Source: a virus | Strand: one strand, 5' to 3' | Length of the DNA stretch: 64,000 nucleotides | IMG/VR virus record: IMGVR_UViG_3300005805_000055 | Location: 1-64,000 of that record | Part shown: positions 56,401 through 64,000 of the stretch, piece after piece | Layout: each line of letters opens with the position of its first letter | Numbering within the stretch: the first letter of the stretch is position 1 | The notes under the pieces: model-generated | What the model was told of the DNA's origin: nothing | Seen by the model: only the letters and a program-made list of their open reading frames with translations | Databases searched by the model: none | Position numbers and translations under genes: made by a program

Positions 56401-59400
56401 CTTCCACCCATTGGAATATCAATGAATTTTTCACCCCTTGATCCAGGTATAAACATGTCAATATCAAGTCGTGGCTCATCTCTTGGTGGCATTATGTGGA
56501 TTCCGTCAACGACGGTAGTCTTCATATCGTCCGGCAATCCCTTGAAGTCGTCATATACGGGTATATTTACACCGAAAAGAACAGCTTGTGGGCCATCAGA
56601 CTCACGACGCCTAATCTTACCAATTATTGAAGGTGGCGGTGATTTCGGGAAAGACAAAATGTCTGGCCAGGGTCCGACATAATGATAAACGGGCTGACCC
56701 CAGTCGTCGGTAAAGCGCCAATTTCTCGGATCTTTTACCACCTTATCGGCATAAGCATCAGTGCCATACTCGTATTCTGGACGCGTCCATTCGAACATTG
56801 GCGAAGCGGTTGTTGACTTTGAACCAGCGATTCCATCACCTTCGTCGTCAATTATTTCGTCATCATCCTCTTCTGATTCTACTGCGTCAAGAGAATTCCT
56901 AATAACATCTTCCCATTGTTTTGCCATAGCTATACTGCGGCGCGCCTCGCTGCTTGGTCCACCAGACCCACGGTCTGGATCCATTGCATCAAAAATTGAA
57001 GATTGGTATTCATTAAGCAGATTAGCAATATCATCTAGTACGACTTCTGGGATAAGGATACCCTCTTCACTAATAAGTGCATCAAGTAGCGAAAGTGCGG
57101 ATTCCCACACGGAAGTATGTTTTTGCTCATCTCCTTCATTTGATCCATCCAGTGCGCCAAGTCGCGTCTGTGCAGCTCGACGCAATTTCTTAATTAGTTC
57201 TGGTACTGAGTATGAGGTCTTTGTTTTGCGCTTATCTTCCTTTTCCTTGAGACTATCGGATATAACCCTAAGTCTTTCGGCCTCCTCTTTGCGGGCGATC
57301 CACTCATCTTTAGTAAAGCCAAGGAATCTTTCAGCACGTTCCCGTTCCTCGTCATTGTCACCTAGAAGCATTTCCATATATTTGTCGATTACGGCCTTGC
57401 GTCGTTGTTCACGCATTTTGGCAAATCCCTCATACCAAGCTTCCTCATCAAACTCTTCACCACGCCTTACAGCATCGGCCATTGCGTCGCGTAAAGCCTG
57501 CTCCTCCTGCATCGCTTCAAGTGCTTGATGTTGAATATCGAGTTCTCTTATGCGAGACTCGAACTCAGCTTGGTTAATTCCATTTTTATTCTTTGGTGTT
57601 GCTATTCCAACTTCAAAGAGTGCATCAATTTGTTCCTCTGGAGAGAGTCCATCAAGTCTGTCTCCGAAAATTTCCCTTATCGATTTGCCCTCTGGCATCT
57701 TTGTCTTTTTCTTTTGACCAGATACCGCTTGGTCGCCATCTATTTTTGCAAGGTCATCTGGAGTTGGTTCATCTGATGAACTAGGCACCGGCAATGTTGT
57801 TGACTTGGATGAGTTTATTGGTCCGGAGTTGTAACGACCATTTCTACGTCTTTGTGAATTATCGTGATATTCAGCCAGACGCCGCCACTCTGATACAGTC
57901 AGGAACCCGCCATTATTATCAAAACGCTGTACCAAATTTTGTACAACACGGAATGAGCGTTGATTCCTCGCCCATCCAATTATGTTCTCTGGGCTAAATC
58001 CAGATGGAGCACCCATATTGTATGGTCGGCCACGGAATCCGCCACCAGAATCAATTCTTGGTGAATCATATTTCCCGCTAAAGGCGGCAAGATTAAGTAT
58101 CGACTCACCAATACTATGCCTAAATTTCGAATTTGTTTCTTTATTTAACGCTTTTGCAAATAGACGATCATAGGCAATAATGTACTTCTCGTGATCGGCA
58201 CGATTTAGCGTTACTGGAGAACCAGCATCTTGTGCCTCTTTTATTTTTGCTGCGAAATCAGCAAGTAGGGAAATCTTGCTATCATCGGCATTTTCTCTAA
58301 GTATTTCTTTTATTTCTTGTCTAATCTCGCCTAGCTCATCTGGATTAAGCCGGAGGATTGTTTTATCTTTCAGTGGCATCCTATTTCTCGTAGATGCACG
58401 ACCAGCGAGCCCACTAGATCTAAAGTCATCAATTGCATTAATTAATTGAAGTAGGTGGTCTGCGGCGGAATGCTCTCCACTAATTTGACTCAAATTTGCT
58501 GCAGTTGCCCACATGCGCAGAGAAACATTGTCAAGGTAGCCAGCGTCCATATTGGCGAGTTGTGTCCCACCATTTTCAAGATCACGCGCAATTGATCTAA
58601 TCTCATCAATCATATGACCAGTGAATTCGGAGTATGAACTGAGGCGTTCTATATCAGAATTAAGGAGTTGCCTCAACGAAGGTGGCTCCCCTTCGGTTTC
58701 ACCATTCGGCTTAATAATATACGAATATTCACCATTTCTAATTAGTGAGTTTATATCCCTACCAATACCGAATGATCTCTCAAGTTTGTCGGCCACACCC
58801 ATTGGTATTCCGCCGTATATATATTCACCATCACTTCCCGAAAACCTAACGACTAATTCTTGTCTGCCGCCATCGTAGTAGACGGAATCAACAGCTTGGC
58901 TTTCATTTTGCCCACCAGGTGTTGGGTGAAGTAGACGTGAGTCACCAAGGCCTCGCCCATTAACATACGAGGCATTGTTTGTCCGCGACTTGCTTCCACC
59001 AAGCGGATTCCCAAGTAATAATGGCCTATATCCAGATACGGATTCACCGGTATCTACATCTTCAAGGATGCTTTTTCTTGTCTTTGAGCGTTGTGCACGA
59101 ATTGCATATTTTTGTGCATCGAGTGCTGTTCTTGCAGCACGCATGATTTCTTCAGTTGGAGAATCAATAAGACGAAGTACATCTTCTTCTGTTAATTGAT
59201 CTTCTCTATCTAGTTTGCTATCAAACAAATCTGGCCAATTCAACTCACGCAAAATAGAAAGTGCTTGAGCAAGGCGACCAGTAATATGGGCTGAAGTTAT
59301 TTCACCGTATAGATTTTCTGCATTATCTGAAAGCGCATCTATCATTCTTGCTACTTCGTCCTGGCTAAATGTCGAAGAACCGTCACGAACCTCATCTGCC

Positions 59401-62400
59401 AATAACTTTCTCGCTACTGCAACGGCAGCTTTCCTGGTGCGCCACTGACGGTGCCTAGATGCAAGATCAAATATCGCATCGGCTACAGATGCAGTCACTA
59501 GGTCATGTATTTTCATAGCCCGCTCAAGATCCGACACAACACCATCGTCGGGATTATCTTTCGCAAGTTCGTCTTCTAGCTGCTTCAATAATGAGCGACT
59601 TCTTTCATTTACTATTGAAAGTTGTTCAATAAAATTATCAAATCGTGCAGCAGAAGTTTCAGAATCATCAGCAAGAACAATATTTTCAGCAATTGCATAT
59701 GAATCATAATAAATACGCTGACCAGTATGTGACTTTGAGCCACTTGCTCCAAGCAATTTACTGAATACTCTGTCACCAACCAAAAGATCTTTTGTTGTCT
59801 TGTCTACGAGATAAGACTCATCAAGACCTTCCGGAAGCCTAGTTCTTCTTGCTATTGAATTCATTACCCATGCATGGTATGGGTATGGAGAAACCTCTGA
59901 AAGTGCATAGGATACGGCAGCTTCCCGTGTAGGGAAGTCGACCTTGATTTCTGACAAATCGGCAGAACGTCCATCAATTGCTTCTCCCATAAGGCGGTAT
60001 GAAGTAGTTCCATCTGGATTTGGAACCTCATATATATCAATTTGTACAAGCGTCATAGCTGAATCTGACCCAAATGCAGGCATTCTATTTTCATCGAGGT
60101 CAATAGAAATTTGCCAAGTTAGACGATCTTTTAATCGCGGATCTAGTGGTGGAACTCTAATCCATCCATCAACTGGGCCAGATGCGTTTGTTGGTGGCAT
60201 TGCTGTGTAAGGAATAAGATCATAAAGATAATCTGGCCGTGCACTCAGGATTCCTCTAGTTTTTTCAAATCTTTCCTGAACAATTTTTGAACCAATATAT
60301 GTAGGAATATAATTACTATCATCCCTGCCTGGGGATAATGACACGCCAACAGCTTTCAAACTCACAATATGCCCAGCTTCATCAACGAGCCAGAGGGCAT
60401 GGTGACCACTAGTACTATCCATTCTAAATCCAAGAACATGTGGCCCATATTGTTTCTGTACTTTGCGAATTCCTGAGTCATACCTGCTTGGAAGGCCCTG
60501 GAGATTAGGAGAGATTCCCCTGGTGCCTATAGTATTACTTGACAATGACCTGAGAACAGTTTCTTCGAATGTCTTCCTTGTTGCAAATTCCGGATACCTG
60601 CCATCAGGTCCAGACTCAACCAAGTATGACTGACCGGTATTTGGTGCAAAAAATAGAATTCCCATTTTCCCAAGATTGTAGGCCTCTATTGTTTTTCTAT
60701 TATTGGAAAGAAGCGCAGCTAGCATAAATCTCCACTTGTCTCGCGACATCGGAATTCCCTTATGGAGATTATTATCTTCTGAAACAATGTCAGTAATACC
60801 GTCGATTGTTAATGGCATGATTCTGGATGTCAGAATTATCCTCTGAGCAATGCGTGGATCATATGCTTCAGATTCTTGCGTATCCTCCATGAGTGGCTGC
60901 GTAAAGTCACTCCTCCAGAATCCACCGTCACTAGAACTACCATCCACCAAGACCCCGCTTGGTGGAATTGGGCGTAAATCATTACGCGTGGTTGACTTTG
61001 ATCCAACTACTGCTGCAGGGTAAGAAACTGGATATGGGTTGCGGCCAGTTATTTTTCCGCGACGACGCAATATGTCATTGAGTCGCCTATATCCGTCGCC
61101 AGTGTATGTTCCTTCAATCAGATCGTTAATAACATTTATGTCAAGATTTTCGACAATTCCAGTGTGGGCGATGTCTCGACGTAGTTCACGAATCAGCTTC
61201 ACCGCATCACTAGCTTGAAACTTGAGATCCCGTTGTGCCTTATTGGCAATAAATTGCATTGAATCCTCAACAGAATCAATTGTATGCCTATTTGTTGCGC
61301 GACTCAACTTCTGCGTTTCTTCGCTCCTGAAATCTCCACGATTAAATAAGTTTGGATTGAACGGGGATACCCTACGCGGTAAACCATCATCGAATAGGGA
61401 GAATTCAGTTGCCTCCAATGATGCATTTCTGCGATAAGTGACATCAGGGCTGTTCCAGTTTTTTAATTTACCATTTTGCGTAAATTTTGCAACTGAATCA
61501 ACCTGAGTGCCAGGACGTTTATCACGCGTTGCACGTAGTGGCAATCCACGCGTTACATTTGGAATAAGTGAACCTTTGTCAAATATAATGTCGATGTCTT
61601 CCTGCTCACCGCGCATATCTCCAAGAACAACAGAAACTGTTCCATCTATATTTGGAATTACGGAGCGAACGCTCCATCGCGGTTCGCCGAGTGGGAAATT
61701 AGGAGCATCCCAATTATCTGGGAAAACATCACCGACAGAGACTCTAGATATATCTACATGTGTAGCTTCTTTTCTTTGTTGTGAATTTACCGAGCGCCTT
61801 GATGCGCTTGATCCCCACCTACGAGTAGTAGAACGTGATCCTGGTGTATAGAATTCCAGGGCAACACCATCATCTGGAGCACTTCTGGTAGTTGATTTTG
61901 AAGCTCCAGACTGAGATGCCATCCACTCATCTTTGTTTTTATTAAATTCTTCAATGTCTCTTTCAAACTTGATTCGCTTAGCTTCTTCTTTTTGGCGTCT
62001 CTTTTCTGGGTCAAGCGCATCTGTCGGCCATCCCTTTTCAATAGCACCCTCGACTATTCGTGTTAATACTTCACCAGTTGCAGCGGCATCATAGTCCGCA
62101 GTATGGTGCTTATCGCCAAGAGATACTCCAAGATATTTTGTTATGTCAGCAAGACTATTAGATGGGCGCTTTTCCCCTGTTGCCTTATCTATCTTAAATG
62201 GGGCATCTTCATTTTCTGGTGACCACTTAGGCAGCGTGGCATCTGCAATTTCCTTAGTATCGATGATTCCATCTGGTTCCCAATCTATTCCAGATTCTCG
62301 TAGTGCATCAGTAAGTACTTCATTATCGAATACGGCATTCTGCATTCCAAGAATGACACCCTCGCCAGCCCATTCAATAAACCTCCGGTGAGCTTCTGCT

Positions 62401-63998
62401 ACCGATGGTTGACCATCCAGAAATTCTTGCGTTATTAGATTTCCATCCTCGTCCTTCAGGTTGTCACGCGACCATTGCTCCCACTCTGAATGTGGAATTC
62501 CTGGGTTAATGTATACGTTGAATCGTTCAATAACTCTTCCATTACGCATCCTGACTGCGCCGATTTGTGTTGGGAGACCATTGCTTGATGGCTCATTAAA
62601 TTCATCGAATACAAGACCAGTGGTTTCGTAGTCAATAAAGACAATTTCTTCATCGCCCATTCTTTCCCAGAACTCATCCCAGGTTTTTACGCCTTTGATT
62701 AACTCTGCGGCACGACCAGAAAATGCTGGTGCTGGTGGCTTTCGTGGATATTGTGGCTTTGTTGTACTCTTTGATCCAGCGATGCCAAAATTATCGTAAT
62801 CCCAGCTATTCGATGAATCCTGTGGCGTAGGCGTTTCTGAGACTTTTTCGGAGCCATCAGCGAGTCGCCCTTCTCGTATGCGCCATCTCCTATCAGGGGA
62901 TGTGTCTGGAGTTTCGGGAATATCAGGTATACCGATATCACCATCGCCCTCGTCGTCTGTGCCATCCCCAATCGGGGGATAGTAGTCATCAAAAAGTGCT
63001 TTCAGTGTGGGTGAGTTTGCAATCAACCAGTCAATTGCTTTTTGGGCTGCCGCAGCTGCTTGCGAGACCTGGGATGGGTCATCCTTTAAGGCTTTCAGCC
63101 AGCTTGCTATATAGGCAACGTGTTGATCGTCTGGACGTTCTTCTAGACCAAGAACAGCCATCAACATTGATGAGCCGATTTCGGCAATTAGTTCTTCATA
63201 CGCGTATTCCGGCGACCCGAATCTATTCATTTTGGGGCGATCAAGGCGACCAGGATTTCCCGTCCAGTGAACTATCTCATGCATTAGGGTTGCATAAAAT
63301 GCTTCTGGCGAATCAAATGATGCGAATGGTGGCATTTGAATGCGATCATCCGTTGGGCTGTTGTATGCACGATCTCCGCCCTCAGCCCAGGAAACACCAA
63401 GTTCTTCAACTATTTTCTGTATTGTCTCAATGCGTAATTCTTCCGAGAGAACCTTTGGCTCCGGGAACCTTGATGGATCGATACCGTCTATTTGGTCAAT
63501 ATTGAATACAGTAAAGAACGAAGACATCCACCTTTGCCGCTCTTCTGTTTCTCCATCAGGACCAGCAACTTCAAAGGTGCTTCGCTTCCAGAAGGCCAAC
63601 ATGGTGCCCTTTTCGCCTTTGCGAACTTGTCCACCAAGCTCCTGTGCCTGCTTGTAGGTCAGCCACTCTGGCCTGCTGTAGCCCTTCAATTCGGCAATGA
63701 TTGCAAGAATTGCCTGATTGCTCCCCTTGTATGGTTTTCCAGTTTTGCCATTTCTGTATAAACCAAAATCTTTCCAAGGTCTCTTCCACTTTCCGCCTTC
63801 TGAATTTTCCAGTGCAGCGATCAGTGCCTCTGATAAGAGTTTTGTCAGTTCATCGAGTTTTTCATCTTTTGATTTTTTGGGGTATGTTTTTCCACCACGA
63901 CCACGTGTTGATGATTTCGATCCCACTGGTGGGTATATGTCAAGGTAGTCATCTACAATCTTTGCTAATTTTGGATTATCAATTGCAGCCTGAGAAAT
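53412..63998 (-). CDS. Giant polyvalent protein F (>3500 aa, 5'-truncated by the window): ArdC-like antirestriction module, DEDDh exonuclease, KTSC domain; 10 GSKSTT-type sites
   Basis: The frame stays open from 63926 to the window edge (ISQAAIDNPKLAKIVDDYLDIYPPVGSKSST). WKRPW...WLTYKQA...VRKGEKG...HEIVHWTG...YAYEELIAE; DYETTG...NAVFD...HTADYD; AVDSVYYD...LVVRF...YIY. Confidence 0.88.
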   Translation of the reverse strand: MSQAAIDNPKLAKIVDDYLDIYPPVGSKSSTRGRGGKTYPKKSKDEKLDELTKLLSEALIAALENSEGGKWKRPWKDFGLYRNGKTGKPYKGSNQAILAIIAELKGYSRPEWLTYKQAQELGGQVRKGEKGTMLAFWKRSTFEVAGPDGETEERQRWMSSFFTVFNIDQIDGIDPSRFPEPKVLSEELRIETIQKIVEELGVSWAEGGDRAYNSPTDDRIQMPPFASFDSPEAFYATLMHEIVHWTGNPGRLDRPKMNRFGSPEYAYEELIAEIGSSMLMAVLGLEERPDDQHVAYIASWLKALKDDPSQVSQAAAAAQKAIDWLIANSPTLKALFDDYYPPIGDGTDDEGDGDIGIPDIPETPDTSPDRRWRIREGRLADGSEKVSETPTPQDSSNSWDYDNFGIAGSKSTTKPQYPRKPPAPAFSGRAAELIKGVKTWDEFWERMGDEEIVFIDYETTGLVFDEFNEPSSNGLPTQIGAVRMRNGRVIERFNVYINPGIPHSEWEQWSRDNLKDEDGNLITQEFLDGQPSVAEAHRRFIEWAGEGVILGMQNAVFDNEVLTDALRESGIDWEPDGIIDTKEIADATLPKWSPENEDAPFKIDKATGEKRPSNSLADITKYLGVSLGDKHHTADYDAAATGEVLTRIVEGAIEKGWPTDALDPEKRRQKEEAKRIKFERDIEEFNKNKDEWMASQSGASKSTTRSAPDDGVALEFYTPGSRSTTRRWGSSASRRSVNSQQRKEATHVDISRVSVGDVFPDNWDAPNFPLGEPRWSVRSVIPNIDGTVSVVLGDMRGEQEDIDIIFDKGSLIPNVTRGLPLRATRDKRPGTQVDSVAKFTQNGKLKNWNSPDVTYRRNASLEATEFSLFDDGLPRRVSPFNPNLFNRGDFRSEETQKLSRATNRHTIDSVEDSMQFIANKAQRDLKFQASDAVKLIRELRRDIAHTGIVENLDINVINDLIEGTYTGDGYRRLNDILRRRGKITGRNPYPVSYPAAVVGSKSTTRNDLRPIPPSGVLVDGSSSDGGFWRSDFTQPLMEDTQESEAYDPRIAQRIILTSRIMPLTIDGITDIVSEDNNLHKGIPMSRDKWRFMLAALLSNNRKTIEAYNLGKMGILFFAPNTGQSYLVESGPDGRYPEFATRKTFEETVLRSLSSNTIGTRGISPNLQGLPSRYDSGIRKVQKQYGPHVLGFRMDSTSGHHALWLVDEAGHIVSLKAVGVSLSPGRDDSNYIPTYIGSKIVQERFEKTRGILSARPDYLYDLIPYTAMPPTNASGPVDGWIRVPPLDPRLKDRLTWQISIDLDENRMPAFGSDSAMTLVQIDIYEVPNPDGTTSYRLMGEAIDGRSADLSEIKVDFPTREAAVSYALSEVSPYPYHAWVMNSIARRTRLPEGLDESYLVDKTTKDLLVGDRVFSKLLGASGSKSHTGQRIYYDSYAIAENIVLADDSETSAARFDNFIEQLSIVNERSRSLLKQLEDELAKDNPDDGVVSDLERAMKIHDLVTASVADAIFDLASRHRQWRTRKAAVAVARKLLADEVRDGSSTFSQDEVARMIDALSDNAENLYGEITSAHITGRLAQALSILRELNWPDLFDSKLDREDQLTEEDVLRLIDSPTEEIMRAARTALDAQKYAIRAQRSKTRKSILEDVDTGESVSGYRPLLLGNPLGGSKSRTNNASYVNGRGLGDSRLLHPTPGGQNESQAVDSVYYDGGRQELVVRFSGSDGEYIYGGIPMGVADKLERSFGIGRDINSLIRNGEYSYIIKPNGETEGEPPSLRQLLNSDIERLSSYSEFTGHMIDEIRSIARDLENGGTQLANMDAGYLDNVSLRMWATAANLSQISGEHSAADHLLQLINAIDDFRSSGLAGRASTRNRMPLKDKTILRLNPDELGEIRQEIKEILRENADDSKISLLADFAAKIKEAQDAGSPVTLNRADHEKYIIAYDRLFAKALNKETNSKFRHSIGESILNLAAFSGKYDSPRIDSGGGFRGRPYNMGAPSGFSPENIIGWARNQRSFRVVQNLVQRFDNNGGFLTVSEWRRLAEYHDNSQRRRNGRYNSGPINSSKSTTLPVPSSSDEPTPDDLAKIDGDQAVSGQKKKTKMPEGKSIREIFGDRLDGLSPEEQIDALFEVGIATPKNKNGINQAEFESRIRELDIQHQALEAMQEEQALRDAMADAVRRGEEFDEEAWYEGFAKMREQRRKAVIDKYMEMLLGDNDEERERAERFLGFTKDEWIARKEEAERLRVISDSLKEKEDKRKTKTSYSVPELIKKLRRAAQTRLGALDGSNEGDEQKHTSVWESALSLLDALISEEGILIPEVVLDDIANLLNEYQSSIFDAMDPDRGSGGPSSEARRSIAMAKQWEDVIRNSLDAVESEEDDDEIIDDEGDGIAGSKSTTASPMFEWTRPEYEYGTDAYADKVVKDPRNWRFTDDWGQPVYHYVGPWPDILSFPKSPPPSIIGKIRRRESDGPQAVLFGVNIPVYDDFKGLPDDMKTTVVDGIHIMPPRDEPRLDIDMFIPGSRGEKFIDIPMGGRGNKKIRYTRTRPNWMNTSRQRPDLSSLTDSELKQILAALRTDSERNALIMALEKIQEERDQRRPRMGSGQIGSSRMGVNEQKYKIDDIINELESRGYFVYGNEDPTSNAPRWYVVANGEATNEQLGRRRSGRWTSTVDQTAKPEDRVDPDGERNITPVDVVQEIIESDDVEVNEDKLSDLIDNSDIDEMSDDEVNAELLNIRDELEDLRRRANAKTISREEYNERRRELNRRKALLLKRKHGNKDAQRAKAERKPRQQTKPGSVVVNNTGTTNINVTGDNNTVINTGGTVPSGSNAPQSRRTGRVVISTSGIRELRQIEAERRALRGQSPQITGSKSTTSDGRRKMEFYKLEFGLTGSDFEEIVNGIGSEESLKKKYGLTNEDIDIIRSNWSSALPVGDLARINGHDDIDVRFIEEYDQILEILSERIAKIRQDSEDLIRSRMFDNYAERKRRIDKAKQDFKDLENELRSEDSINRKEIIDEAKSDLDNYISEVNDYFDKELRKEIARIQFVLDADVAELTQSFKRRAGLQFIDQYLQSMNDEDNAASDIAKLIRQFALVGGYDPSRGGSLFDFLEELGIRNGLVNDILDQVRQDAQAMFRSGARLEDIFDNFRLSTDGVIDDSAIDQILRLITDGAIIPDLLGSTHEYLWPKRLTDEDLDYMDSQAVKRGDWEYFDKLIEEAANEENSGDDPESRTRSLDPENINFVSYDEYIAGKNVSNNPRYERMFIERYLHGLTQAYTKLIWSGHPSLTTPIDDESSDFVPTPELRNAYMTAVRKTLVTLSRLNEEELVDARNVVAGLFADDELVPAEGQKDFSRAESILAFFRDFVEMGGGSSNESPLDFMESLLGLDRSQLIDTLRDGFMPPGNREYVSSPDMQAQTQLMTLMENNARNLLATFLHSDMTIEEIARITGLSESGVARLIKERSTYGKSIFLLGKIPIWTDSSSGRIFKSLIESGYSASDIAALFEEDLEIIQKIVDIVTGQDNTEEEEE

Positions 63999-64000
63999 GG

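Noticed and set aside
6445-63923. GSKSTT copies as a DNA repeat, CRISPR array or recombination site
   Set aside because: Nucleotide sequences differ at synonymous positions, spacing is irregular, and all copies are in frame.
6445-63923. Motif as a Walker A box or intein boundary
   Set aside because: No GxxxxGK[ST] spacing, and no Cys/Ser...His-Asn intein ends or Hint motifs were seen.
63924-63926. GTG start of the 3504-aa ORF given in the track
   Set aside because: The frame is open to the window edge and there is no RBS; the gene begins outside the window.
1-64000. Alternative genetic code, integrase, portal, terminase or prohead protease genes
   Set aside because: Long ORFs tile the window in the standard code, and none of these genes is recognisable here, so lifestyle and the processing protease cannot be assigned.

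Overview
The window is a 64-kb piece of a large tailed-phage genome with an HK97-fold major capsid gene at 20898-22211. The host is probably an actinobacterium: there is a WhiB gene, three DnaA boxes and a GAAC-N4-GTTC LexA box. Bases 1-6 kb hold a replication/regulation module with an oriented 12-bp repeat and several hairpins. Bases 15.5-18.1 kb hold an accessory block: two 2OG-Fe(II) oxygenases, a CmcI-like protein, a thermonuclease and two tRNA-Arg genes. Most of the rest is five large multidomain 'polyvalent' ORFs (1163 to >3500 aa) plus head-associated genes. The main signal is a hexapeptide, G-S-[KR]-S-[STRH]-T (mostly GSKSTT/GSKSST). I count 29 copies in six proteins, written with varied synonymous codons. 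They sit at the boundaries of recognisable effector domains: ArdC, DEDDh exonuclease, KTSC, zincin peptidases, zeta-like kinase, ART-like folds and pentapeptide repeats. Most of these proteins also share one of two N-proximal motifs (DPNAxDxDGDGxIQEGTPxxRP or RCPxG...F.D...SNC). My inference is a phage system that addresses effector polyproteins to the head and cuts them into single modules at a conserved site. Domain calls come from motif recognition by eye, not from database searches.
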